A DNA stretch of 37,839 bases. Origin: a virus. Taxonomy: Duplodnaviria; Caudoviricetes. The notes beneath the pieces are model-generated. The model worked only from the letters and a program-made list of their open reading frames with translations, was not told the origin of the DNA and did no database searches. This document shows, piece after piece, positions 17,031-25,729 of this stretch. A program made the translations under genes and the position numbers. The stretch is taken from IMG/VR virus record IMGVR_UViG_3300032254_000015, positions 1 through 37,839 of that record. One strand, 5' to 3'. The first letter of the stretch is position 1. The number at the start of each line of letters is the position of its first letter.

Positions 17031-17063
17031 AAAAAAGAAAGGCCGCTTGAAGCGGCCTTTCTT
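17031..17063. terminator. Bidirectional intrinsic terminator
   Basis: AAGAAAGGCCGCT-tga-AGCGGCCTTTCTT between convergent genes; A-run on the left gives a U-tract on the minus strand. Confidence 0.85.
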
Positions 17064-17078
17064 GTGGGGGGGAATGAC

Positions 17079-17564
17079 TTAGTTGCTGGAATCATTTCTT
17101 TCGTGACTAGCTTGATATGCAAGGTTAATTATAATTAATGTAATAATAGTAATTTCAAACAAATTAGCAGAAAAAGATAAAAGCATAAATCTAAATGGCC
17201 AGACAAAAGCCATATTGGAAAAACCAATAAAAGATAAACCCGCCGTTGTTAACAAGTTTACTATTGTGAACCCATAAAAATAAAAAAAGACGCCTAAATA
17301 ACCAACCCGCCTATACCTAATAAATGATTGACTATTAATAAACCCAAATAGAATTGTAATGATAGCGGCCAAAAATCCTAGCATTGAAAATGAAAAAACA
17401 GCTATGAGATTTGAAATATCAATCCGAGATGTAAATAGTGCTAACGTATATTCATCTGTTTTAAAATGGCTATATATCAGATACACGGCTATGCCAGGTA
17501 TCCACGCTATGGAGATCAGTAATGCTAGCAACTTTATTTTTTGTGTATTTTTCATCTGACTCAT
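17079..17564 (-). CDS. rexB: RexB-like multi-TM exclusion effector
   Basis: About 4 hydrophobic segments; YRRVGY loop like lambda RexB IREYGY (recalled); directly after the rexA-like gene. Confidence 0.72.
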   Translation of the reverse strand: MSQMKNTQKIKLLALLISIAWIPGIAVYLIYSHFKTDEYTLALFTSRIDISNLIAVFSFSMLGFLAAIITILFGFINSQSFIRYRRVGYLGVFFYFYGFTIVNLLTTAGLSFIGFSNMAFVWPFRFMLLSFSANLFEITIITLIIINLAYQASHERNDSSN

Positions 17565-18399
17565 ATTCTTTTACCTTTTCAGATAATACAGCATTTGCTT
17601 TAATCTTTCCTATGATTTCATCATGTAAAAAACGTTCGTCTCGGGTTTTTATTATATCTGCAACTCCACCCGAACCTGCAATATACAAATCGATTAAGCT
17701 ACCTTGTAACTCTTCTTTAGCACGTATCAGCATTTTGTCCAGTCCATTACTTGGAACTTTGTTGATGAATTTTTGAACAGCACTTTTAATATTTCTTCTT
17801 GTACGTGGTTTAATAGTGATGTCGAATGAATCAATATCAGAGAATTCTTCAGTTGTTCCACCTACCATTTTTCTTAAATGATTAAAGGCATCGTTCTCAC
17901 TATTTACTGTAATAACAGATCTTCCAATAAACCCCATTTTAAGAGCTTCAGCTTTTGTACTTTCATGCATAATAGGATGAGTGACGAACCAATAATCATC
18001 AATCCCAATTTCCGTAAATATATCATTAACAAAATCCACGAAAGATTTTGATTTAGGTGCCATCATTGTTGACGCAAAACCAAAATAGTATTTATCAACA
18101 TAAATATAAGATGCAAAACCAAGGCTTTCATCTTTATCCAGAAGATCATAAATTTCATCCACTTCTAAATCAGTAGAACGAATTGTCTTAATTATTTCAT
18201 GGCTGCGCGTAGTTAAAAATAAATATAAATTTAGTCCGGCAGACAATAAGTAAACATTTTCATCATTATGTAAAAATTTATTTTTAAAGGCTGGATTATC
18301 GTAATCACAAAATGCTTTAAAGAATGGTCGCATGTCCATTATAAAATGCTGTTTATTAGAATCATGCTCTAATGAGTATGTGTGGTAATTAAGCTTCAT
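17470..18399 (-). CDS. rexA: RexA-like exclusion sensor
   Basis: Motifs collinear with lambda RexA as recalled: DESLGF.S, GFA, M.FIGR, DS.DI.IKP, RAK[DE]E; GGAGG SD. Confidence 0.82.
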   Translation of the reverse strand: MKLNYHTYSLEHDSNKQHFIMDMRPFFKAFCDYDNPAFKNKFLHNDENVYLLSAGLNLYLFLTTRSHEIIKTIRSTDLEVDEIYDLLDKDESLGFASYIYVDKYYFGFASTMMAPKSKSFVDFVNDIFTEIGIDDYWFVTHPIMHESTKAEALKMGFIGRSVITVNSENDAFNHLRKMVGGTTEEFSDIDSFDITIKPRTRRNIKSAVQKFINKVPSNGLDKMLIRAKEELQGSLIDLYIAGSGGVADIIKTRDERFLHDEIIGKIKANAVLSEKVKEYESDEKYTKNKVASITDLHSVDTWHSRVSDI

Positions 18400-18417
18400 G
18401 GTAAACCTCCAATGTTT

Positions 18418-18501
18418 TTATGTATTATTTTGGATAAGGAAAGTTGAAGACGTTAATTGTAATAATACTGCCGAAAACATCCCAATTATGACTTTCTTCA
18501 T
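18418..18501 (-). pseudogene. 27-aa signal-peptide-like remnant or leader peptide
   Basis: GGGGG SD then MKKVIIGMFSAVLLQLTSSTFLIQNNT*. Confidence 0.35.
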
Positions 18502-18517
18502 GAATTCCCCCAGTTAT

Positions 18518-18640
18518 TGTTCTTTAAACATCTTCAAAACCCCTTCAAAAACGCCACAGTGGCGAAATTGTATCTTGGGTAATAACATCATGGCGGTATG
18601 GGGGGAATACCGGCCTTAAAACGGCTCTCAGGGCGAGAAC
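18518..18640. promoter_or_regulatory. Candidate strong gyrase site
   Basis: Intergenic, about 300-400 bp from the midpoint (18920); phased TTTAAA/TTCAAAA tracts about 11 bp apart. Confidence 0.45.
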
Positions 18641-18647
18641 CAAATTA

Positions 18648-19034
18648 TCAGAGTTTTATTAATTCATAATCTAAATTTGGCGACAAGGATTCCTCTGTTT
18701 GAGATTTTTCAAGAGAAGGAGGAAGTTCTAATAACTTGCTGTCGTAATTGTTTTCCTTCTGACAAAAGCTGGAGTTATTTACTGCCTTAGTGAATACAGC
18801 TTCTTTGAATGGTGTCGCTATCTGTCGTAACTCGGCTCTGAGCAATCTGTTTTCCTGGACTGTGTCGAAAAAAACACTGATGAATATTGTTGTAACTAGG
18901 CCTAGTAACATCCACCAAAATGGATGGCGGGATTTTTTTCCTTCAAGACCTTCTAATGCAATGGCCGTTGTTATTTTTTTGCTTTCTGCATTATGTTTTA
19001 TATTTTTTAACCACTTTCGCCTTTTGTTGCTCAT
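18648..19034 (-). CDS. Single-TM hypothetical protein co-oriented with the repressor
   Basis: AAGGAG SD before ATG 19034; basic N-terminus; TM segment FWWMLLGLVTTIFISVFF. Confidence 0.65.
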   Translation of the reverse strand: MSNKRRKWLKNIKHNAESKKITTAIALEGLEGKKSRHPFWWMLLGLVTTIFISVFFDTVQENRLLRAELRQIATPFKEAVFTKAVNNSSFCQKENNYDSKLLELPPSLEKSQTEESLSPNLDYELIKL

Positions 19035-19740
19035 CGATATCTCCTTGTTCTTGAACTTCTTCAGCAAGTTGAAGTAAGTCGATTAAATTATCAGGAACTT
19101 CATTATCATCGTCATCGCGAATGAGAGGGTAAAGCATTCGGATCACCTTAGCTTTTTTGGCGGGGTGTACCTTTAAACCAAGTTCTTTAATATATAACTC
19201 TACACATTCTATGGCAATTTCTAGTGATTCTTGGTCTAAGGGTTTAGTTTCATTTTTTAGACTAACTATGATCTGATATAAATTCCGGGCATATTCATCT
19301 ATCTTTTTTACCCATTCATGCTTTATTTCTGGTTCTAACAGAATCTGCTTTAAACCTTTTATTACACAGTTAGCATAATATTCAGCCTGAGAACCCATAT
19401 CCTGATGCTCGTACTTTAATTCAACAGGTTCCCTAACAGCAAAAGAAGACAAGTTATCTGAAGAGTCCATTTGTCTTTTGGAGTAATTGAGTGGGCTGCC
19501 AGTATCATCGTCAAGCATCATTGGCGGGAAGCCATGATAAATCCAGTTAAGAGATATCCCTTTATCGATTGCCCAACTATCAATTTCTCTGTGTGGGATC
19601 GCGTCCTTTTTTTTCCATGTGGAAATGTTGCTTCTAGACACACCTAGCTCCCTAGCCACAGCGGCATCTTTACTTGTACCAATAAACTCTTTAAGCCTAT
19701 TAAAGACAACATCAAAATAATTGTCGTTATTCTCGGACAT
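18991..19740 (-). CDS. Phage immunity repressor (CI-type N-terminal HTH)
   Basis: RLKEFIG...DAAVARELGVSRSNISTWKKKDAIP...SLNWIYHG; divergent from ner; GAGG SD before ATG 19740. Confidence 0.85.
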   Translation of the reverse strand: MSENNDNYFDVVFNRLKEFIGTSKDAAVARELGVSRSNISTWKKKDAIPHREIDSWAIDKGISLNWIYHGFPPMMLDDDTGSPLNYSKRQMDSSDNLSSFAVREPVELKYEHQDMGSQAEYYANCVIKGLKQILLEPEIKHEWVKKIDEYARNLYQIIVSLKNETKPLDQESLEIAIECVELYIKELGLKVHPAKKAKVIRMLYPLIRDDDDNEVPDNLIDLLQLAEEVQEQGDIDEQQKAKVVKKYKT

Positions 19741-19852
19741 TTTTGTTGACTTCCTCGTACATATAGCTAATATGTTTATTAACTCGAACATATACGCTTA
19801 ATTTATCGAACAAAAAGGCCAAGCTTGGCCTTACATATATATAGGTACCTAT
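19733..19852. promoter_or_regulatory. Lysis-lysogeny switch: early promoter and operator repeats
   Basis: TTGACT-N16-TAATAT (19746-19773); four TCGnACA repeats; palindromes at 19815-19832 and 19841-19852. Confidence 0.7.
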
Positions 19853-19853
19853 T

Positions 19854-20096
19854 ATGCACCACGCAGACATTTTCTGCCTCTTAATGAAGAAAAACGTGAC
19901 GCTCACAGCACTCGCTAAAGAAGAAGGTGTTGGGGTCAGCGTTGTTTCTGAAGTCATCCGTGGCAAAAAAGCCAGTTTTGCTGTCGCAACGGCCATTGCT
20001 GCCAAGGTGGGTAAAAGCCTCAACACCCTGTGGCCTGACAAGTATGACCACGCACCACGTCCACTTCGTCGACCCTCGGCACAGGCGGTAGCATGA
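19854..20096 (+). CDS. ner: Ner-like transcriptional regulator
   Basis: MHHADI...L....TL..LA, IA..VG.....LWPDKY. Confidence 0.88.
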   Translation: MHHADIFCLLMKKNVTLTALAKEEGVGVSVVSEVIRGKKASFAVATAIAAKVGKSLNTLWPDKYDHAPRPLRRPSAQAVA

Positions 20097-20551
20097 AGCT
20101 ATTTTCTCTTAAGTGCTTGTTCAGCAAGTTCAAGATGTTCATCAGCACATTTAGGGCAAAGAGTGAGATCCCAGTCGATCACTCCTGTGCCGGTATAAAC
20201 CTGAGTAAGACCAGTAACCCAACCATCAAAGAGCATTTGCCAAGACAAAGAGTTGCTCGGGTCGATTTCCGTCGGTGGACATTTTTCTTTAACAAAGTCG
20301 GTAATCTCAACGTTCTCCGTTTTCCCACAAAAATGACATTGAGCAATACCGGAATCAATAATTCTTTTTTTAGGGCCAGAGCTAATGGCCTTCATAAACC
20401 GGTTGCGATAGGTGAAACGTTTTCTGGGGTCACTCATTATTTATCTCCATCTTTAATTTCATCAGCAACAAAAAAACGAAAGCGGGCGCTGATTGCACGC
20501 CTCAGTCGAAGCGCGTTATTTGAAAATAAATTTAACAGCCAAGGGGGATGA
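20093..20551 (+). CDS. Possible 152-aa coupling ORF overlaying an antisense gene
   Basis: ATGA overlap with the ner stop and ATGA overlap with the next start; no recognisable family. Confidence 0.4.
   Translation: MKLFSLKCLFSKFKMFISTFRAKSEIPVDHSCAGINLSKTSNPTIKEHLPRQRVARVDFRRWTFFFNKVGNLNVLRFPTKMTLSNTGINNSFFRARANGLHKPVAIGETFSGVTHYLSPSLISSATKKRKRALIARLSRSALFENKFNSQGG
20099..20437 (-). CDS. Antisense C4 zinc-binding hypothetical protein
   Basis: CHFC...CPKC; GGAGA SD upstream. Confidence 0.7.
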   Translation of the reverse strand: MSDPRKRFTYRNRFMKAISSGPKKRIIDSGIAQCHFCGKTENVEITDFVKEKCPPTEIDPSNSLSWQMLFDGWVTGLTQVYTGTGVIDWDLTLCPKCADEHLELAEQALKRK

Positions 20552-21030
20552 TGTCAGTGGAAAATAACGATAAAAAAATTACCACCATTCAGCCGGATCT
20601 TTTCCAGCAACTTGAAAATCATGAACCTGAGTACCTTTCGGACAATGCGCCCGACTTAGATATCGAACAGGAATTCATGGGACAGATTAAATATGTCTTG
20701 CGCACAGCAAAGAAACGAGGACTTGGTCGGGAACGCATTATTGAACGAATGAATTTATGTTTACCTGAAGAGCTTCACATCACCAAACGTCAGCTTGATG
20801 CCTGGTGTGCTGAGTCAAAAGAATATCACCACTTCCCCGCGATATATTTACCGGCCTTTATATGGGCTGTGCGCGGAATTATCACACCACTCGAAGTGTT
20901 AACCGAAGTGCTTGGTCTTTACGTATTAGATGAACATGAACAGATGGCTGCCGAACTTGGCAAGACCGCAATGGTAAAAGCAGAAGCGGTAAAAATGGAA
21001 CGATTATTAAAACGAAAGTTAGAGCGATAA
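20548..21030 (+). CDS. Early regulatory-type hypothetical protein
   Basis: RE.I..RM....IT..QLDAW.AESK..H.FP motif typical of Mu-like early regions. Confidence 0.7.
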   Translation: MMSVENNDKKITTIQPDLFQQLENHEPEYLSDNAPDLDIEQEFMGQIKYVLRTAKKRGLGRERIIERMNLCLPEELHITKRQLDAWCAESKEYHHFPAIYLPAFIWAVRGIITPLEVLTEVLGLYVLDEHEQMAAELGKTAMVKAEAVKMERLLKRKLER

Positions 21031-21043
21031 GGAGAAAAGATAA

Positions 21044-21433
21044 ATGAACCTCACACTTGAAGACCTAAATAAGGTTGCGACACAAGCAGCAGAAAATGCA
21101 AAAGGTAAAACTGCTGATGAATTACTTGAAGAAGCAGTAAAGCATCACCGAGAAAATATTCAGTCTGCCGTTCAACAAGGATACATATATAAAACCGTGT
21201 TGATAAAAGAAGGTAGCGAAGTGCTGGCTGACTTATCTGCAAAACACGGCATATCAATTATGTATGCTCATGCGGCCATCAAAGTTTTTGACGTTGCTAT
21301 CACTCTAGCAGAAACGATTCAAGATAATAATGAGCTACTCAAACAGGTTGGCCTGTCTCCTGAGTTTGATCATTATGACGCTCTTTTTCATCAAGAAATT
21401 TTAGCCGAAATAGAGGGGATGATTAATGAGTAA
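21044..21433 (+). CDS. Hypothetical early protein
   Basis: AAGGAG SD; overlaps the next gene. Confidence 0.7.
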   Translation: MNLTLEDLNKVATQAAENAKGKTADELLEEAVKHHRENIQSAVQQGYIYKTVLIKEGSEVLADLSAKHGISIMYAHAAIKVFDVAITLAETIQDNNELLKQVGLSPEFDHYDALFHQEILAEIEGMINE

Positions 21434-22412
21434 AAAATTAATTGTACCAAAGCATATTGCCAACTTTATTGGCGGACTTAAGCTTAAACCTATTTCTGAG
21501 GTCTTGGCCTCACCTGAAGAAGAACGATTTGACTGCGCAGCTATTGGCGACCAACTAGAATTAACGGGCGTTTTATATAAAGGTTTTTCTTTGATGGGGC
21601 TCAAGGAAACCCTTGGTCACGGTCATTACAGGGCGGAACTATTAAGTAGAAACATAGATCCGACGGGGGCATGGCGCGCACAAAGCATTGCAGCATTAAG
21701 TCTTCGTGTAGATGCATCAAATTTTTCAGCGCTGAAACATTTGCCTCCTACCAAACTTGCCATGATGGTGAAATGGACTAATGAAGAATTAAATGCTTTC
21801 TTTGCTGGTAACGAGGTTCGAGGCATTACTTATGATGATGCAGTTGATTTACCCAGCCGTGAATTAGAGCGTCGCCTTAAAGAATCTCAACGCAGCAACA
21901 ATGAACTTGAACAGGCACTGGATAAAGCCAACCAGGAAAACTCCAAACTGCAAGATCAAATAAAGCTTCACCGTAAAAAACAAAACAGTCTTGAAGGATT
22001 TAATTATCCACTATCTATTGAGCGTGTTCGCATTGAGTCATCTGTTTTATCTGCTCAAGCAGTACAGTTTATTGATGACATGGAACAGCTTGCGGTTGAA
22101 CTCACTCAAGCCTCTGACCTTAGCAAAGAAACTAAAAAGCAAGAAGCTGAGTTCTCAGCAGGGGCATCTTCTTTATATTTAAACCTTAAAGCGATCCATT
22201 CTAAGGCAGCTTATTTAATGAAGTCATTTGCTGACACCATTGGTGAAGACTACTTACCAGACAGCCCTGAAGACGTGCCAACGATGTCACAAGAAGAAGC
22301 GGAAAAAATATTTTCACTGCATCGTTTGTTATTGGCTGAATCACGTCTTGATAAGCAGTCTCGTGAAAGCCAACGCAAAACAAATCGTAAAAATAAAAAG
22401 GCTAAAAAATGA
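21426..22412 (+). CDS. Pre-transposase coiled-coil protein (DUF3102-like)
   Basis: G..L..LKE.L.HG motif; coiled coil; immediately upstream of the transposase. Confidence 0.65.
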   Translation: MSKKLIVPKHIANFIGGLKLKPISEVLASPEEERFDCAAIGDQLELTGVLYKGFSLMGLKETLGHGHYRAELLSRNIDPTGAWRAQSIAALSLRVDASNFSALKHLPPTKLAMMVKWTNEELNAFFAGNEVRGITYDDAVDLPSRELERRLKESQRSNNELEQALDKANQENSKLQDQIKLHRKKQNSLEGFNYPLSIERVRIESSVLSAQAVQFIDDMEQLAVELTQASDLSKETKKQEAEFSAGASSLYLNLKAIHSKAAYLMKSFADTIGEDYLPDSPEDVPTMSQEEAEKIFSLHRLLLAESRLDKQSRESQRKTNRKNKKAKK

Positions 22413-24097
22413 ACCTCTCGCCAAACCTTAACGTTGTGAGTGATAGCACGGAAATTGTAACCGCTGATGATGCGTGGCAGCGTCTTCCTGAAAGTAAGCA
22501 GTTGATTGCGAGTGATCGAGGATTAGTTGCTAAAGAAGTAAAGCGTGTTATGGAAGAAGGTTATGCGCAACGACGCGCTATTGAGTTACTGCTTTTGCGT
22601 TTAGAGACCGAAGATGGTGTTGATACCAACCTTATTAACGCAGCTAAAAAATTAGGCAAGAAAGGCAAGTTGCCCAGCTATTCGACCATTAACCGCTGGG
22701 TGAATGATTTTGAAAAACTTGGTTTGATTGGCTTAGCTCCAAAACACAAAGGCAGCGAACAACAAAATTATGGTTGGGAAACACGTGCCATGTATTTATA
22801 TAGCTTGCCTAGCAAGCCTTCGATTAATGCGGTTGCCCGTAAGTTGATATCAGAAGGATTTGAAAACGTAACTTATGATCGTGTTTATCGTTTTATTGAC
22901 TCTTTACCATCGCAACTAGGTGACAAGAGCAAAGGCAGAATGGGTGCGCGTCTTTACACTAACACGCAAAAATCATTTATACGACGCAGCACAAAAAACT
23001 TACCGGTTGGCGCTTGCTTTCAAGGTGATGGTCATACGCTTGATGTCTACTTACAACACCCTACAGGTAAAAAACCGTGGCGTGCTGAACTCACGCTTTG
23101 GTTGGACGTTTCAAGTCGGCATGTTGCTGGTTGGTTTTTGAGTGATGCGGAAAGTGCGCATTCAACTTTATTTGCTTTGAGTCACGCTATTTTAACACAT
23201 AATCATATTCCAACAATGTTACACATTGATAATGGCAGTGGTTATAAAAATAAAATGATGAGCGATGAGTCTACTGGATTTTATTCACGACTTGGCATCG
23301 ACATTATGCACTCACTGCCATACAACGCAAAAGGCAAAGGCCATGTTGAACGTTTCTTTAAAACGATGGAATGTGACTTTAATAAATGGTACCCAAGCTA
23401 TTGCGGTGCCGACATGGCCGATGAAGCCATACAGCTTTTATTAAAGAAACATAAAAAAGGTGAAGTAAAGTTACCCACGGCTGAACAGTGGATGACGGAC
23501 TTTAATGAATGGTTAGTGGAATACCACAACACGGCTCATACTGGTTTGAACGGTAAAAAACCTGCTGAACTTTGGGATAACCTTGAAGCCTTTCCGCTCG
23601 AAAACAACATGCAAAGCCAGGCATTATTTTGGCCGCGTAAAACACGCATGGTTAAACGAGAGTCTATTCGTTTAGATAATCGTGAATACATGTCACCAGA
23701 GCTTGTGCAGTACAACAATAAAAAATTAAAGGTTGAATACAACCTTCACAACGACGCATTCATTCGTGTTCTTGATGACACGGGGCGATGGATTTGTGAT
23801 GCCAAGCTGGTTCAAAAAGCTGATTACATTCCTGTTTCTCGCTTGAAAGAAGCAGAGCAAAAGAAATTAGCAGCATCGGTTAAACGTTTGGAAGTACATA
23901 TTCAAGAAAAACATGATCGCGCTGGTTCAGCTATAACACACGATCAAATTATTGATGATGTTGAAGTGCTTACACAGCAGTGTGATTCAACGTTATTAGA
24001 AAAGACAACAGGAACCGAAGTTCCCGTTGACACCAACCTCGGTTTGCAGACCGAAGATGATATTGATTTTTTAGCTACCGATTATCTAGATGACTAA
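22409..24097 (+). CDS. DDE transposase (MuA-like)
   Basis: Catalytic GDGH, IDNGSGY, KGHVERFF; Mu-type C-terminal domain. Confidence 0.95.
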   Translation: MNLSPNLNVVSDSTEIVTADDAWQRLPESKQLIASDRGLVAKEVKRVMEEGYAQRRAIELLLLRLETEDGVDTNLINAAKKLGKKGKLPSYSTINRWVNDFEKLGLIGLAPKHKGSEQQNYGWETRAMYLYSLPSKPSINAVARKLISEGFENVTYDRVYRFIDSLPSQLGDKSKGRMGARLYTNTQKSFIRRSTKNLPVGACFQGDGHTLDVYLQHPTGKKPWRAELTLWLDVSSRHVAGWFLSDAESAHSTLFALSHAILTHNHIPTMLHIDNGSGYKNKMMSDESTGFYSRLGIDIMHSLPYNAKGKGHVERFFKTMECDFNKWYPSYCGADMADEAIQLLLKKHKKGEVKLPTAEQWMTDFNEWLVEYHNTAHTGLNGKKPAELWDNLEAFPLENNMQSQALFWPRKTRMVKRESIRLDNREYMSPELVQYNNKKLKVEYNLHNDAFIRVLDDTGRWICDAKLVQKADYIPVSRLKEAEQKKLAASVKRLEVHIQEKHDRAGSAITHDQIIDDVEVLTQQCDSTLLEKTTGTEVPVDTNLGLQTEDDIDFLATDYLDD

Positions 24098-24126
24098 ACA
24101 AAAAACCAACAAGAGGAGTATAGCAG

Positions 24127-25179
24127 ATGAGTAAAGCCATTCAACACCAGCAAAGTATGCAGGACTATCCTGAAAACTGGCACAAAAATTATAGCGAGGA
24201 TGATATCCAGCAGTGTTGCCAAATTATCGATTGGATAAATGATGGTCAGACGCATGAGCCAGGTTATCGCAACCAACGTTCACAAACTAAGTTGAGTAAA
24301 GCGGCTGCAGTTAATGACTCGACTTTAAATACCGTTCTTCGTGGCAAGTATGTGAGCTCTCCAACAAAGTTTATTAAGAAAATGTTAGATGCCATTCGGT
24401 TGTGGGACATGCGTGAAGAAGAAGGTGTGCATGATTGTCCTTTTGTTGAGACCTCAGTTTATCGCACGGGAATTGCGGCGTGTAAGCGTGCGCATTTATA
24501 TAGAAACTTTTCTGTATTAAGCGCATTTGTTGGTACGGGTAAAACCCGAGGTTTAAAACGTTATGCCGCGAGTAATTCAAATGTTATTTTAATTGAAGCC
24601 ACGCCTGATATGAATGCTTCTGTATTAGTTTCTGAGTTAGTTCAACAAACGGGGGCGGTGGTACATAAAACAAACAAATATTCTGCTGGCACCAAGGCTG
24701 AAAAAACAGCGGCCATTATTAATGCACTTAAAGGTTCAGACAGCTTATTAATATTAGATGAGGCCGATACCGTCAGTACGGCCACATTGGAATATGCTCG
24801 CCGCATTAGTGACAAGGCCAATATTGGTGTTGTGCTCTCTGGCACTGAAAAACTTCAACCTCTCATTAAAGACCCTCAAGGACGCTTTGGACAGATTAGT
24901 TCACGCGTTGGGTTCTGGCCGCCGGTTATTAAAGGTATTACTCAGGGTGATTCAGATGCACTTGCAACAGCAGCATTGAGTGACTTTGACATCGAATTAT
25001 CTGAAGAGGTGCTTGATGCCTTTTGGCAAATGTGTGATGGCTCTGCCCGTGTTCTAGTGTCTGCTCTTATTCCAGGTATTAAAGATTATGGTTTGAAAAA
25101 GAAAAAAGAACTCACGCCTGAACTTATTTTCACTGTAGGGCAAAAATTATTGGGTTTTAAAAAAGCGCGGAGGACTTAA
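24127..25179 (+). CDS. Transposition ATPase (MuB-like AAA+)
   Basis: N-terminal HTH, Walker A variant AFVGTGKT, Walker B LILDEAD, QISSRVG arginine finger. Confidence 0.92.
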   Translation: MSKAIQHQQSMQDYPENWHKNYSEDDIQQCCQIIDWINDGQTHEPGYRNQRSQTKLSKAAAVNDSTLNTVLRGKYVSSPTKFIKKMLDAIRLWDMREEEGVHDCPFVETSVYRTGIAACKRAHLYRNFSVLSAFVGTGKTRGLKRYAASNSNVILIEATPDMNASVLVSELVQQTGAVVHKTNKYSAGTKAEKTAAIINALKGSDSLLILDEADTVSTATLEYARRISDKANIGVVLSGTEKLQPLIKDPQGRFGQISSRVGFWPPVIKGITQGDSDALATAALSDFDIELSEEVLDAFWQMCDGSARVLVSALIPGIKDYGLKKKKELTPELIFTVGQKLLGFKKARRT

Positions 25180-25181
25180 CC

Positions 25182-25544
25182 ATGCAAACGTATAGCGATG
25201 AATATATTGATTATTGGGCCGAAGTTTATTTGGCGTGTGATGGCTTACAGGATGCAGTTTACTTTGAAGGCTTTTTGTATAACCCACAAGCCTTTGTTGA
25301 TGCCGTTAATGCAACAGCACAATTGCATGAGTCATTGGATGAGTTAGAAACGTTTATGCCATCGAATCAACATGATGATGTAAATGATGGTGAGGCTTTG
25401 CAGGAAGAAATGGAAGATAAGTATGAGCGCGAAGGTCATGTACTTGAAATGCAGGGCGATAAAACTATTGAGCGTTTTAATCACCACGATCCGGCAAAGA
25501 AGTGGAAAACAAATGTGTGCAACAAATCAAGGAGAATGTCATGA
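25182..25544 (+). CDS. Acidic hypothetical protein
   Basis: GGAGG SD; operon position. Confidence 0.7.
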   Translation: MQTYSDEYIDYWAEVYLACDGLQDAVYFEGFLYNPQAFVDAVNATAQLHESLDELETFMPSNQHDDVNDGEALQEEMEDKYEREGHVLEMQGDKTIERFNHHDPAKKWKTNVCNKSRRMS

Positions 25545-25729
25545 GTGAATCGATTGGTTATTGTGAATGCTGCGGTATTTTAGATCATCATCGTATTGAA
25601 GGGTTGTGTGCTGGCTGTATTAAAAATGCTGTTAACTATGATGAAATAAAAGATGATATATCGCTCGGCATGGAAGCGGCTGACACATCAACTATCGATG
25701 GTTTTAACGAGGTTGATTATGACGCCTAG
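25541..25729 (+). CDS. Small CxxC..CxxC protein
   Basis: AAGGAG SD; CECC...CAGC. Confidence 0.65.
   Translation: MSESIGYCECCGILDHHRIEGLCAGCIKNAVNYDEIKDDISLGMEAADTSTIDGFNEVDYDA

Noticed and set aside
18398-18619. 73-aa + strand ORF
   Set aside because: No SD or motifs; region better explained by the minus-strand stub and the phased DNA element
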